Positions 31,101 through 41,720 are shown, counted from the first letter of the stretch. The stretch: DNA of 64,000 bases from Methanomethylovorans hollandica DSM 15978 (GCF_000328665.1 NC_019977.1:1364001-1428000), one strand, 5' to 3'. Made by a program: numbers and translations. Notes: generated by a model not told the origin, from the letters alone.

Positions 31101-31762
31101 CAATTTACAAGCGCCTCGATGATATGGTCCTGCTCAAAAACATAAGTATCCCTTTTCTCCTCCCAGGATTCCCCATTGAGCTGCCTGAACTCATCCTTGA
31201 ACTTATCATACAGACCTTTGTTCACAAGGTCCTCTTCCATATCAGCGATCCACAACACATCCCCATAGAAACCCCTTTTCTCATTGAGCACCCGCATGAG
31301 AATGTTAACGATCAGCTCATCGCTTCTGTTCAATGTGTTAGCCTTTGAATCAATGTTGAAGAGAATTACATCCTTTGTCCCAAAAGTAATTGCCTGCTCG
31401 ATGGTATTCAGTAACTGAGGGTCATCTATTTTCTCCCTGAAGAAATCCAGTGCACTCTTACCTTTTACTACCTGATTTTCCAGCAGGTAGGACAACATCT
31501 TGATAAAATGCGATTTACCGGACCCGAAGAAACCTGAGACCCATACTCCGGTCTTATCGGTAGGCTCGGACATTGCATGGAGATACCTATCAAAAAAGGT
31601 GTCCAGATGCTTCAATGTCTCTTTGGTTACAACATATTCATCCAGTTCAGTATATACGCTGTCTTCATCATATTGATCTACTTTAATAACACCGTTGATC
31701 TCTCTTCTGATGTCTTTTTGGAATAGATCATGTATCTTTATTGCAGCAGTCATATCGATCAC
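28190..31762 (-). CDS. brxC: BREX P-loop ATPase BrxC
   Basis: INGVIKV, ELDEYVVT, WVSGFFGSGKSH, IDEIGQY, FSKIQGRF, YPYVPYQ, GERSMLS. Confidence 0.95.
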   Translation of the reverse strand: MIDMTAAIKIHDLFQKDIRREINGVIKVDQYDEDSVYTELDEYVVTKETLKHLDTFFDRYLHAMSEPTDKTGVWVSGFFGSGKSHFIKMLSYLLENQVVKGKSALDFFREKIDDPQLLNTIEQAITFGTKDVILFNIDSKANTLNRSDELIVNILMRVLNEKRGFYGDVLWIADMEEDLVNKGLYDKFKDEFRQLNGESWEEKRDTYVFEQDHIIEALVNCGYQSKESLERLFQSDGSTYHFSVEKFAEKVKKYCDSKGKDHQVIFLIDEIGQYIGENSDLMLNLQTIVEELGTKLAGKAWVVVTSQADIDAVTKEKVKGYDFSKIQGRFDTRLSLSSANVDEVIKKRILAKKQVYEETLSLYHEEKKTILKNLLTFSPGGAEMKLYKGNDDFVDVYPYVPYQFFILQKVFDKIRQTGFTGKHLAKGERSMLSAFKEATEQYAEDDMGILVPFYTFYSTIESFLDPIITRTIEQAKDNDCLEDGDCDVLKILFMIRHVKELQPSLDNLVVLSVSHVDEDKRALKNRIAGSLQRLESQTLIHKSGDRFYFLTNEEQEINREIKNIDIEKHKILDEIFEYVFESNEICPTKHKDYKFNKAIDDKTKPVAGADLTIKFLTPLSDDVLRGSSQRSLYGDNLSNIDSTDTLLFITHADSEFVDQIRNYLKIDKYLKQNTSNTNIGEVKEILSKKRSDEENLRLDAKKSMESGISEARVFVDGKEVTSIEKKKPKERITCGLDLLYENVYKKAGYVTKDFESDSEILKVLQADDLEKFGFERSDTNKLALKEVLDHLSLKHQRNDSVVMQDIKDKFRRKPYGWKELTVSGLVATLFASDEIKLRYQKTYLVLKKPNAEEVVRYLTRKDYADKLVVEIREKANAEVMRIVRSILREVFDKTNIPEKENDLFDFTHSLLNDEFIKIEQISGKYEEEKRFPGNDEVKAYAGFLKQILNTTDPSAFLQKISDEKEELVKLRYDVEPVISFFGGQQVEIFRRLLKKIDNYTRDRQFMDDETKSKVRDVEAILGSKEPYFEIKSLPPLEASIESALSTALSDLKEAAFKEIDSIVADLQKEMGHHTLFNQEFKDSVMKPFTDLKLRISQAEDCTYVQAQSPRLNSLQSEAYDKISKQLQIIKEPKSGSGEVSVHVRSVKFIKDTSLFKSKDKIASEEELDRYLKDLRTYLAKLLETDDIRLF

Positions 31763-31781
31763 ATTTTACTGTTAAGGATAT

Positions 31782-32381
31782 CTAAGGATCGGTGCCATCA
31801 TTGATCAGCCTGAAGGCACGATAATAGTTCGCATCCTTAAACTTACCGAATAAACTAAGGTCAAAACCACTGTATTTGCCGGGATAGAAGGCGATAAGAG
31901 GAAGATTGCCCGATACAGGCTGCAGATTGTTTAAAATGGAATGTGAACGCACTATCGGCCAGGCCTTACCGATACCTGTCAGGAAGATCATCTGGAAATT
32001 CCCATTTTTCTCCATTTTAGCCTGAATAGCATTTTTCAGTATTTCAGGCTTAAGCATGAGCTTCAATTTCTTGAGCAATTCATCAGAACCCTTTTTCTTT
32101 TCGAACTGATCGACCTGTTCTATTTTTATTTTATTCTCTATGAGCTCCAGGCAGATCTCATACAGGTCCAGCATTAGAACGTTAATGGATCTCTTCTCCA
32201 GAGATGAGTTGATCTTAAGGATAGTATCCCTAATCAGCAATTCTTTATCAGGAGGATAATCGAATATCCAGAAAGGAACTTCATTACCAAGTCCTTTGGA
32301 TTTGAGAAAATCATCGCTCTGGACCTGCTCCTTCAGTTGCTCTAACCTTTCTTCCAGCTTCATGGGCAGCATACAATTCAA
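31782..32381 (-). CDS. brxB: BREX protein BrxB (DUF1788)
   Basis: GLGNEVPFWIFDYPP, LTGIGKAWPIVRSHSILNNL, FYPG, NYYRAF; true start may be 32372 or 32363. Confidence 0.92.
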   Translation of the reverse strand: MNCMLPMKLEERLEQLKEQVQSDDFLKSKGLGNEVPFWIFDYPPDKELLIRDTILKINSSLEKRSINVLMLDLYEICLELIENKIKIEQVDQFEKKKGSDELLKKLKLMLKPEILKNAIQAKMEKNGNFQMIFLTGIGKAWPIVRSHSILNNLQPVSGNLPLIAFYPGKYSGFDLSLFGKFKDANYYRAFRLINDGTDP

Positions 32382-33406
32382 CCTAAATTTATTTAAACTT
32401 GGTCATATGATTTTGATTGTGGGGTTGTTTGCATTAGCGTGAACATTAATTTATGTTGATGCACCCGATATTGCTAAACACTCCCTTATTTTTCCCCTCA
32501 TCGTTGCTCAGGTGACAGGTAGACAGGCGGTGCCGTGTAGGGAAGAGTAAGCCGGTGGATCTCGTTTTTATAGTAGTCTGCCATGATGCATAGCTATCTA
32601 CCACAATAATATATTTCCAGAAAAGTAATATGATATGGTTAAAGTACAGGGAAACAAAAGTGATAAATCGTTAAGTATCATTTAGTTGTTTTAGGGTATA
32701 TGATGGATCGTGTTACGTAACCCTACTCAGCATCAACACTTTCCCCACTAAAGTGTTCAATGCCTACAACATTTACGCACGACCCATCAAACCCATTTTT
32801 CCTTGGAGTCTAAATCCATTTCTTCCACATAGTTGAGAGAATTATAAACAGTCCTCCCCCAGCTTACAGGAAATGAGAGAATGAAGACAAAACGATGTAA
32901 GCCAGTAGACAGTTTATTTCCCTCATATGAAATTATGTCATTTAAGTTTATTAAGTCATCTATTTTTTATAAAAAATGTAATGAATTTAACAATTTATCT
33001 GTAGGCTCTCATGCCTTTGTAATATAACAAGAATGGAGTTAATAATAATCAAATAATTATAAATACAAATATTCCTTAAGTACTTTTTCCAGTGGTATTC
33101 TGCTGGAAAATCTCATGGCTTTTACACCTGGGACAGTTCATGCAGAACTATAAGTCCTCATAAAATATAACCATGTTTACTTACCAATGCCCAAAAATAA
33201 ACTTATAATTGTTGCTACCTGTCGTTCAGGATTCGAATATGATTTCTTAGAAAAGAGATTACCTCATAACTTAACAATTGAAAGTGTATTTGATAAAGTT
33301 GTTACTTATGATAAAGTTCCAAAATCGCAGGCCCATTTAATTGCGTCCAAGCTTGATATCAACTGAAAGGAAGCAGAGTTTGATGGTACTATTGGTTCAC
33401 TTATAA

Positions 33407-33440
33407 TGAAAATCCCACTACTAAAGATCGTGGGCTTTCT
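33407..33440 (-). mobile_element. Isolated IS200/IS605-like end hairpin
   Basis: TGAAAATCCCACTACTAAAGATCGTGGGCTTTCT; CCCAC..GTGGG stem of the IS605-end type; no transposase nearby. Confidence 0.45.
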
Positions 33441-33618
33441 GGCTGCTTATTTCGTAAACTTTGTAAGATCTGGTTCTCATGATGTAGGATTTTCTCTCCA
33501 ATAACTTCTTGAGATTTATGATTTTACAGCAAATTGTGTACATTGTTCAATATCATAGAAATTAATAGAGTATAGGGTAAACCTTTATACAACTATTACA
33601 GACTTTAATGTATAAAGG

Positions 33619-34509
33619 GTGGTCATTATGCAAAAGATAGTTCCACATCTATGGTTTGATAAAGAAGCTGCTGATGCTGCGAAGTTTTATACATCTGTTT
33701 TCAGGGATTCTAAGATCATTGACACCACACAGATCCACGGTACTCCGTCCGGAACAGCGGAAATGGTCACCATTGAGCTGGCAGGTCAGGAGTTCATGCT
33801 GATATCAGCCGGGCCTTTCTTCAAATTTACGCCAGCTATATCATTCCTTATTGCCTGTAGCACTACGGAAGAGGTGGACACGTTGTGGGAGCAATTATCC
33901 AAAGGCGGTACTGAGCTTATGCCTCTGGACGCATATCCTTTTAGCGAGAGATACGTATGGTTGGCGGACAGGTACGGTCTTTCATGGCAGATAATGCACA
34001 TGGGTAATAACAAGATCACACAGAAGATCATCCCAACACTTATGTTCACCGGTGATGTGTGCGGAAAGGCTGAAGAGGCGATCAACACTTACTCAACAGT
34101 GTTCAGTAATGCAAATATCGGTTACATCCTTCGCTACAGTGGGGGTGACGGACCAGATAAGGAAGGAACAATACAACATGCCGGTTTCATTCTCGAAGGT
34201 CAGGAATTTGCAGCTATGGATAGTGCTTATGAGCATAATTTCACTTTCAACGAGGCTATATCATTCATAGTGTACTGCGATACCCAGGAAGAAATTGATC
34301 ATTACTGGGGAAAACTATCAGCTGTTCCTGCGTCGGAACAGTGTGGCTGGCTCAAAGACAAATTTGGACTATCATGGCAGATAGTGCCAATTATCATGAA
34401 AGAGATGATGCGGGAAAAGGATCCTGAGAAACTGGCACAGGTAACTGCAGCATTCCTTAAGATGAAAAAATTTGATATTGCCGAATTAAAAAAGGCATAC
34501 GAAGGATGA
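33619..34509 (+). CDS. VOC/PhnB-like (3-demethylubiquinone-9 methyltransferase-like) protein, two tandem domains
   Basis: QKIVPHLWFD, WLADRYGLSWQ, CGWLKDKFGLSWQ, MKKFDIAEL; ATG at 33628 likely. Confidence 0.9.
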   Translation: MVIMQKIVPHLWFDKEAADAAKFYTSVFRDSKIIDTTQIHGTPSGTAEMVTIELAGQEFMLISAGPFFKFTPAISFLIACSTTEEVDTLWEQLSKGGTELMPLDAYPFSERYVWLADRYGLSWQIMHMGNNKITQKIIPTLMFTGDVCGKAEEAINTYSTVFSNANIGYILRYSGGDGPDKEGTIQHAGFILEGQEFAAMDSAYEHNFTFNEAISFIVYCDTQEEIDHYWGKLSAVPASEQCGWLKDKFGLSWQIVPIIMKEMMREKDPEKLAQVTAAFLKMKKFDIAELKKAYEG

Positions 34510-34534
34510 TAAATACAGACAGGCATTAAACCGG

Positions 34535-34581
34535 TATATGATATAATATGATATAATATGATATTATATGATATTATATGA
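34535..34581. repeat. AT-rich 10-bp tandem repeat, about 4.5 copies
   Basis: ATATAATATG x2 then ATATTATATG x2. Confidence 0.85.
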
Positions 34582-34682
34582 AATATAATGGAATATCAAA
34601 AGCACATATATATGGTATATATAGAACACATATATGAAAAATCGTACCGGATATATATTGGAAATCATTTTGAATATCGGAG

Positions 34683-35234
34683 ATGAAAATGATGTGGATC
34701 AAAAGATCTATGGTCCTGGCTATAATACTCATTGTGATGTGCTGCGCAGGTTGCAGTGAGAAAAACACCGAAAATATCACGCAGGAAACAGAAGAAATTG
34801 TTTATGAAGAAGCACAGAATTCCACTGAATGGAACAATAAAGGTGTTGATCTGTTTATTGCAGGTAGACCTGAAGAAGCACTACAAGCTTATGATAAAGC
34901 CACAGATATTGACCCGCAAAATATCTATGCCTGGTACAACAAAGGCAATGCATATTCTTACATAGGGAAATATGAAGAGGCATTACAAGCTTATAACAAA
35001 ACCACACAAATCGATCCACAGGATGCAAATGCATGGAGCAACAAAGCTAATGCTCTAGATAATCTGGGCAGGTATGAAGAAGCCCTCGAAGCATTAGATA
35101 AAACCCTAAAGATCGACCCGCAGTATGCAAATGCATGGTATAACAAAGGTGCTGTGCTTGAAAAACTTGGAAGGCAAGAAGAAGCTCAGGTATGCTACGA
35201 TAAAGCCAGAGAATTGGGATTGCCTGCAGCATGA
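34683..35234 (+). CDS. TPR-repeat lipoprotein
   Basis: Signal peptide with CAGC lipobox; four WxNKG/A..YEEAL TPR units. Confidence 0.9.
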   Translation: MKMMWIKRSMVLAIILIVMCCAGCSEKNTENITQETEEIVYEEAQNSTEWNNKGVDLFIAGRPEEALQAYDKATDIDPQNIYAWYNKGNAYSYIGKYEEALQAYNKTTQIDPQDANAWSNKANALDNLGRYEEALEALDKTLKIDPQYANAWYNKGAVLEKLGRQEEAQVCYDKARELGLPAA

Positions 35235-35747
35235 TGTCCCATCCTGGCTTTGATCTTTTTTGATTGATAGAAAATCCTGTTTTTTGGAGATTTATTAAAT
35301 AGTTCGTTCGTTTAAATTCATTTAAAGATATTGTCTAATTCTTTATTGAGAAGAATTATCGAAACTTACCTTTTTAGATGGAAACTTACCCTTTAATGTT
35401 TTCGATATCTTTTGACTGTTTCATACTTTCTTACTTACCAAATTTACCTTTTCATTTTCGTTATCTGGCGATAGAAACTTACCTTCCTTGCCCTCAATTT
35501 GGGAACATGGGGTAAAAGTTGTATTATTTTGTGAGTGTTCAGAAGAAGGAATCAAATTACACTCTTCTCTGTGTATATTGGCAAGTATAGTAAGTTCCTT
35601 TCTATCACTACTGTTTTTATAGAGTAAGCTCGGGATAAGTTTAGGGTAAGAAGGTAAGTTTGTATAATCTACAATCACAACTTCTTCTTTACATCTTATA
35701 AAAAGGAATTAGAAGATTTATCCAAATTTATTAATACAGAAACACTA

Positions 35748-36170
35748 TTATATACCAGTCGAGCTAATGCGTGATGTAGAATTTATTATATGTATATCGA
35801 TAATACTTCCCTGTGGAAATAATAATTTAGAATGAGTTGGTGGATTAGCATCAATTGAAACATTAAAATCATAATCAGGAGCCCTATCTGTCAATAGAAT
35901 AGGAATGTAAATTTTGACAGCTGTTGCCCAATCTCGCTCAACATAATATGGTGTTTTTTGTTCTACTAACAACGTGTTTTTATATATTAGATTCGTATCC
36001 GAATCTTTCATTTCAATTGTTACATTATGTGGAATTTGATCTTGGTTATATATAGAAACAAGTGGTAAACTTTTTTCAATGGGTAATGGAATAATTACAG
36101 AAATCACTAACCAAAATAAAATAATTAAAAAAAAAGATTGGAATATAATTTTTTTATTGTTCATATTCAC
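35748..36170 (-). CDS. Hypothetical membrane-anchored protein
   Basis: N-terminal TM helix; GAGGTG ribosome site directly after the phospholipase remnant. Confidence 0.6.
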   Translation of the reverse strand: MNMNNKKIIFQSFFLIILFWLVISVIIPLPIEKSLPLVSIYNQDQIPHNVTIEMKDSDTNLIYKNTLLVEQKTPYYVERDWATAVKIYIPILLTDRAPDYDFNVSIDANPPTHSKLLFPQGSIIDIHIINSTSRISSTGI

Positions 36171-36182
36171 CTCTAAAGCATA

Positions 36183-36570
36183 TTATGACTTTATGTAATA
36201 CGCTAGTCCTAAGTTATATTTTGCAGTTTGCAGAATAGTATTTTGAGTTATATATTGTACTATATTGTACTTGTGTATTTTGATACAATGCATCTGGCGT
36301 TGGGTTTGCACTAACTTGGTTCCATAAATTACTGTAAAATTGAGTACTATAAGTAGCCAAATTTTGGGTAGAAGTGCCTGGATTTGATACAGTATATCTT
36401 TGATTATTGTTATTTACTATGTTACTATACCAATGCCCGGCAGACCAACTATCCGATACATGCCGTTCATATGCCTTATGAACTGGCTGATTTAAATATT
36501 GCTGCACGGATCCATCTGTGTGCATTGGATTGCCGATGTCGGCCATATAATGTGAAGCTGAGCCAAAATG
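36183..36570 (-). pseudogene. Zn-dependent phospholipase C/P1-nuclease family fragment
   Basis: FGSASHYMADIGNPMHT..HKAYE metal ligands; 5' part missing; 10-bp duplication at 36251-36270 shifts the frame. Confidence 0.75.
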
Positions 36571-37095
36571 TGTGTATCATTGTTCAAACTCATTTTTCTT
36601 CCTCTCTGGCATAACATTATTGAGTCGATTCTTGTAATGCCTGTTTGTGTTCAGTATACCATTTTTTGCAGACCTGGATACTCTTTTTAATGGTCTGGGT
36701 TCGCATGGCATTTGGGACGCATCTTCAGCGATCCTGCATTGTAAACATGTTCTTCACAATTATTCATAGAGATGTGCTCATAACTATAAATCCTATGAAC
36801 ACTCCAAAATAAACACATATATGCATTCATGTTTTATATAATTCTAGAACGTAGATCCATTACTCAAACAATGAGATGTTATTTGGCAAAGGATAGTGAA
36901 AACAAAGGTTTAAGGCATGAACACAATGGACATCTATGGCTTATCCGGCTCGATCCATTAAACCAAATAGATCATTCTTTTGCTGTGCTTCAAAGTATAA
37001 AATTAATTAAAATTGATCTTTCTTATTATAATATATTTATTTATTCAAAAGCAAATATTAGTACAAATAATTATATATGTAATTGATCCCTATAT

Positions 37096-37500
37096 ATGGA
37101 CATGAAAGGATTCAGTATCAATATTGAAGATGCCACGTTAGAAAATGACAATTTCCGTAAAGTTCTCTACACTTCAAAGCACAGCCAGCTTGTGCTTATG
37201 AGCCTTAAGCCCCTGGAAGATATCGGGATGGAAGTGCATGAGGAGAACGACCAGTTCTTCCGTTTTGAAAGTGGAGAGGGAAAGTGCATAATTGACGGTA
37301 ATGAATATGAGCTCAGTGATGGTGTTGCAATAGTAGTGCCTGCAGGCGCGCAGCACAATGTCATCAACACTTCCAAGACCGAGGACCTTAAACTCTATAC
37401 GATCTATTCTCCGGCTCATCACAAGGACGGTATCGTGCGGGCAACTAAGGAAGAAGCCGAAGCAAATGAAGCCGACTTTGACGGAAAAACCACGGAATAA
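37096..37500 (+). CDS. Cupin domain protein
   Basis: FRKVLYT, QLVLMSL, IGMEVH..DQFFRFESG, PAGAQHNVIN, LYTIYSPAHH. Confidence 0.92.
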   Translation: MDMKGFSINIEDATLENDNFRKVLYTSKHSQLVLMSLKPLEDIGMEVHEENDQFFRFESGEGKCIIDGNEYELSDGVAIVVPAGAQHNVINTSKTEDLKLYTIYSPAHHKDGIVRATKEEAEANEADFDGKTTE

Positions 37501-37834
37501 GATCATAAAAGGTAATCTGGACCAATTTTCACTTGCTGGTCCGTAAATCTTAATGAGTTGGTAAATGTGGTGTCTTAAGAACCACATTCCAATTCCATCT
37601 ATAATTATTTCTTTTTCTTGTCCTGACTTAAGCTGCATATATAAGACATATATTAAACATGTAGTGAACATGTATCAAACTTTGAACATAATATAGGCAG
37701 CTGTACTCTGCTTCTCAGGTCCGGCCCAAAAGCAGAAAATACAAGAAGTTATGCACATCTGCGGTTAGTGCAGCAAAGATAATACTTAAACTCCCTGAAA
37801 CAGATAACAGAATATAACACAGGAGAATCAACAT

Positions 37835-39190
37835 ATGCCACCGGGAACGTATCATAATCCTTCCATAGAGACCATGGAAAGGGGCGAACTGGATGCTTTG
37901 ATAGATGAACGTATTCAATACACTGTGCAATACGCAGCTGAGAAGTCCCCTTTCTATAGAAAATGGTTCAAAGAACACAAGATCTCACCTTCCGATATTA
38001 AGTCCCATGAAGATCTGCTGGAACTGCCTATTATAAATGGCAGTACAATAAGAGAACACCAGCCGCCTGTAACCGGGGATTTCGAGTTCAGAACAGGGGA
38101 CTGGAATGAGATATTCACTATTCATGAAACAAGTGGTACCAGCGGGACACCAAAGGCGTTCTTCCTCACCTGGGAAGACTGGGAACGTTATGCTGAGAAA
38201 TATGCGCGGTATTTCGTTGCACAGGGATTCGAACCCGGGGACAGGGTTGTCATCTGTGCTTCATACGGCATGAATGTAGGTGCTAATACCATGACTCTTG
38301 GAGCACATCATATCGGAATGACCATCATCCCCACTGGGAAATGCACTTTTCCGACAAGGATTGTGACCTCATATAAACCCACTGGAATCGTGGGAAGTGT
38401 TTTCAAACTGTTAAGACTTGGCAAAAATATGAAGGAACAAGGACTGGATCCTTCTGAATCAAGCATTCGGCGTCTTGTGGTAGGCGGGGAAAGTTTTGCA
38501 GAAGAAGCGCGTAATTATCTTTCCGAAATGTGGGACTGCGAGGTTTACAACAACTATGGCAGTACAGAAGGCACTATGTGCGGGGAATGTACGGACTTCA
38601 GCGGCCTGCATGTATCAGAGGACATGGTACATCTGGATGTCTATGATCCGGGCATGGATAAGTTCGTCAAGGACGGTGAATGTGGCAGGATGGTGCTCAG
38701 TACCTTGCTTCCGGTAGGCGCCAGATCCGGTACCCTGCTTCTTAACTATGACACTGAAGACACGACGGTGGTCATGAGCCGCAAGACCTGTGCCTGCGGA
38801 AGGACACACATGAAAATAATGAACCCTCAGCGTGAAGCTGAAACTTTCTGGGTTGCTGAGACTCCCTTTAACCGTGTGGATGTGGAAAAAGGAGTTTTCC
38901 AGCGGGAGAACATGGAATATTTAACAGGGGAATATGAAGCTTTCCTGTACGGCGGAGATGATGAAGAGGAAACCGTCATGAGAGTGAGCCTGGAATGCCT
39001 TGACCCTGCCACATGTGACAGATCCCTTGTGGAAGAGAATTTCCTAAGTTCTTTCTTCAGGTACAAGAAAAAATTTGAGAATGCATATAATGATGAGAGC
39101 TTTAAGATACTATTCAACTATACCGCTCCGGGAGCTCTTGAACTGTATCGTATAAAAGGCAGGCCAAAACGTATCGTGGACCGCAGATAA
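37835..39190 (+). CDS. ftsA: Coenzyme F390 synthetase (phenylacetate-CoA ligase family)
   Basis: SPFYRKWF, HETSGTSGTPK, YGSTEG, LLNYDTED, GRPKRIVDRR. Confidence 0.85.
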   Translation: MPPGTYHNPSIETMERGELDALIDERIQYTVQYAAEKSPFYRKWFKEHKISPSDIKSHEDLLELPIINGSTIREHQPPVTGDFEFRTGDWNEIFTIHETSGTSGTPKAFFLTWEDWERYAEKYARYFVAQGFEPGDRVVICASYGMNVGANTMTLGAHHIGMTIIPTGKCTFPTRIVTSYKPTGIVGSVFKLLRLGKNMKEQGLDPSESSIRRLVVGGESFAEEARNYLSEMWDCEVYNNYGSTEGTMCGECTDFSGLHVSEDMVHLDVYDPGMDKFVKDGECGRMVLSTLLPVGARSGTLLLNYDTEDTTVVMSRKTCACGRTHMKIMNPQREAETFWVAETPFNRVDVEKGVFQRENMEYLTGEYEAFLYGGDDEEETVMRVSLECLDPATCDRSLVEENFLSSFFRYKKKFENAYNDESFKILFNYTAPGALELYRIKGRPKRIVDRR

Positions 39191-39220
39191 ATTATCTTAG
39201 GCCCTATACTGGAAGCTGTA

Positions 39221-39628
39221 TTACAGATCAGGATACAGACTGATAGATATGTGCATTCCGCCAAGCAAAACCAGAAACCATAACAATGCCACAGGTTTCA
39301 TCAGTCTGTAGGGCTCCCCCAGAAAATGCACTGAACCTTTTACAGCCAGGTTGATGTATATTACCAGCAGCATCACTAAAATGCCTGCTATGTGATGTAC
39401 CCACAGTTCGAGCAGCAATTGGATGCTGATCTGCATTCCTGAATGGGCTAAAAAAGAAGGGGACATTACGAACACAATGGTGAGAAGCTGCAGAAAAAGA
39501 GCTGCAGCCATTAAATTGCAATGTATTTTCATTTTTTTAGAGCGCGCCTGATATGCAGAGAATGCCAGCAACATCAGAATGAATAACTGTAACCCGATAT
39601 TTCCAAAGATCCCCGTAACATCCACCAT
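39221..39628 (-). CDS. Four-TM membrane protein (DUF420-like)
   Basis: Four hydrophobic helices with H in HCNLM and VHH; GGAG site upstream. Confidence 0.65.
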   Translation of the reverse strand: MVDVTGIFGNIGLQLFILMLLAFSAYQARSKKMKIHCNLMAAALFLQLLTIVFVMSPSFLAHSGMQISIQLLLELWVHHIAGILVMLLVIYINLAVKGSVHFLGEPYRLMKPVALLWFLVLLGGMHISISLYPDL

Positions 39629-39764
39629 AAAGATACTCCTGCCTATTCTTTGACTTTTAAGGATAATAAATAATGATTATACTTGAATTTTATTTTAATT
39701 TATATATAACTACTTGTTGATAAGTCACTTGGTCAGTTACTTATAATAAACAGACATAAAACTT

Positions 39765-40454
39765 TTGATGCAAAATACTTTGACAGAATCTATGACTTCC
39801 CTGATCAGTAAATTATCATCTCCTGCCCGAGATATACGATATCTGCTGGAAAGAGGATACCCGAAAACCGCATCAATAAGATTTGTCGGCGACCATTACC
39901 GCCTTGAAAAGAGCGAGAGGCATATTCTCACCAGAGTGATAGTACCCCCAAAAACTGCTGTTGCACGTAACAGGAAACGGCTTACTTCAAAAGAAGTGGC
40001 AGGGAAAAAGATTCTTGCAGACGGATATAATGTGCTCATCGCAATAGAAAGCATGCTGAGCAATCATACATTGTGGCTGTGTGATGATGGTTTTGTCCGG
40101 GACACAAGAGGGGTTTTCAGGTCACACAATAATACCGATATTACGATCGAAGCTGTAAAACAGATGTGTGCCATACTTTCCAAAAGCAGCGTTTCCTATG
40201 TGAAGGTCCTGCTGGATTCCCAGATGAGCCAGAGCGGAGAGCTTGCTGCTCTGATAAGACAGGAACTGTCCTTATTGTCATTGCAGGGCGAAGTGTCAAC
40301 CTCCGAACACGCCGACTTTGACCTCAAGCACGCAGACCCCGAATATGTGGTCGCAACTGCGGACGGAGTTATCATCGATGCCGTCGAAAAAGTAATAGAC
40401 CTGCCTCAGGCAGTTATTGAAGAAAAGGGTAGCTGGGCGGAGATGATAATTTAA
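39765..40454 (+). CDS. DUF434 domain protein (PIN/NYN-like)
   Basis: YLLERGY, FVGDHYRL, DGYNVLI, DDGFVRD, SQSGELA, VATAD. Confidence 0.88.
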   Translation: MMQNTLTESMTSLISKLSSPARDIRYLLERGYPKTASIRFVGDHYRLEKSERHILTRVIVPPKTAVARNRKRLTSKEVAGKKILADGYNVLIAIESMLSNHTLWLCDDGFVRDTRGVFRSHNNTDITIEAVKQMCAILSKSSVSYVKVLLDSQMSQSGELAALIRQELSLLSLQGEVSTSEHADFDLKHADPEYVVATADGVIIDAVEKVIDLPQAVIEEKGSWAEMII

Positions 40455-40542
40455 TGTCAGTAACATTAGTAGACTGTAAGAGGATGACAGAATAGACAAT
40501 GTTATTGAATGATTCGAATCGCAGATTTAGCACAGTTAAGAT

Positions 40543-40575
40543 GGGACATAGTTAACTCGATTTTTTGTACGCAAG
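40543..40575 (+). mobile_element. Candidate casposon terminal inverted repeat (single end)
   Basis: GGGACATAGTTAACTCGATTTTTTGTACGCAAG at the edge of the AT-rich block holding the casposase remnant; resembles my recollection of Methanosarcina casposon ends; partner end not found. Confidence 0.45.
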
Positions 40576-40732
40576 TTCATGAATTGTACAAACCCGCTGG
40601 TTTTTGCAAAAATTACCTCTAATTTATTTTGATCTCTATTTTTGCTAAAAGAAGTAAACACAAAATGCATTGTTTTCATAAAAAATTGACGGAACGAAAC
40701 TTTTTTAAATGTATCTAACCTTCATGATATAA

Positions 40733-41509
40733 ATGGAAAATAATATTCAAGAGACAATTTTGAACAATAGCCTTAATTCAAATAATATTACAAATATAAC
40801 AAACCATGCGTCTCATTTAATTGAAAAATCTTCTTTCTATTTTCTAAACACAAGTAATATAACTCATTTTGTATCCCAAGTTGATCCAAATTGGTTTTAT
40901 AGTGCATCAGCACAAAGTGCAGCTACTATAGTTGGATTAATGGGAGCTTTTTTAACAACTAAAGTCTTAAACCAAAAGTCTTATCTTAAACAGCTCAAAA
41001 ATGATATTAGTGAGCTTGAACAAAAAAAAGAGCATGTTTCAACTGAAATTCAAAACATTAAAGAAAAACAAACGAACCTGTTAACAAACAAAGAAGTAGA
41101 ACTTTGTAAGAAAATAAATCCATCTTTCACCCCATCTATTCTTCCAGATTACGATCTGCAAAGAATAGAAAAAAGTGAAGGAGGGAAAAACATTCTAGAA
41201 AAATTAACTAAATATCGAGAATATGATGATGTTATAATAAGTAAAAAAGGAGAACAACTTTTTTTGAATAACCTTTTAACATACAAAAAAGAACAGGTAA
41301 TAACAAAAGAAGATTTTTCAAACTCTAAAGTACATTTCATAAATCTAGTAATTTTCTCAATAATTGGTGTTTTCGCACCTCTTTTTATGATGCTTTTAGA
41401 TTTTGAGACTATGATTAAATATAGAGTTGCAGTGTTCATATTAATTTTATGCGGATGGGTAATAATATTGTATAGTTTAATCTCCGAAATTAAGAACTTG
41501 CGAGATTAA
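40733..41509 (+). CDS. Hypothetical AT-rich membrane protein with coiled coil (probable mobile-element cargo)
   Basis: 258-aa ORF; one N-proximal and two C-terminal hydrophobic helices. Confidence 0.7.
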   Translation: MENNIQETILNNSLNSNNITNITNHASHLIEKSSFYFLNTSNITHFVSQVDPNWFYSASAQSAATIVGLMGAFLTTKVLNQKSYLKQLKNDISELEQKKEHVSTEIQNIKEKQTNLLTNKEVELCKKINPSFTPSILPDYDLQRIEKSEGGKNILEKLTKYREYDDVIISKKGEQLFLNNLLTYKKEQVITKEDFSNSKVHFINLVIFSIIGVFAPLFMMLLDFETMIKYRVAVFILILCGWVIILYSLISEIKNLRD

Positions 41510-41720
41510 AAAGCCCTATGTTTAAAAAAGTCGAAGTGTACGAGGCTTTTTAATAAATTACTATATGTTAATTTAGTTGTCTTTTCTTTAATTATAGTGT
41601 AACATCGAACGTTTAAAACTAATGAGTAATAAAATCACTAAACATAGGCACTGACCAAAGGTAAATCTGTTTCAAACAAAAGGTTAACAACTATAACTTA
41701 TTCCAAAAAAATTCAAAAAT

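Noticed and set aside
33187..33366. 59-codon ORF MPKNKLIIVATCRSGFEY...
   Set aside because: Possibly an NTPase fragment, but too short to assign; not brxA-like
35421..35678. 85-aa minus-strand ORF
   Set aside because: No motif or clear start signal; may be a gene fragment but cannot be supported
40511..40523. tRNA at the candidate casposon border (GATTCGAATCGCA)
   Set aside because: Only a T-loop-like TTCGAATC; no cloverleaf can be built
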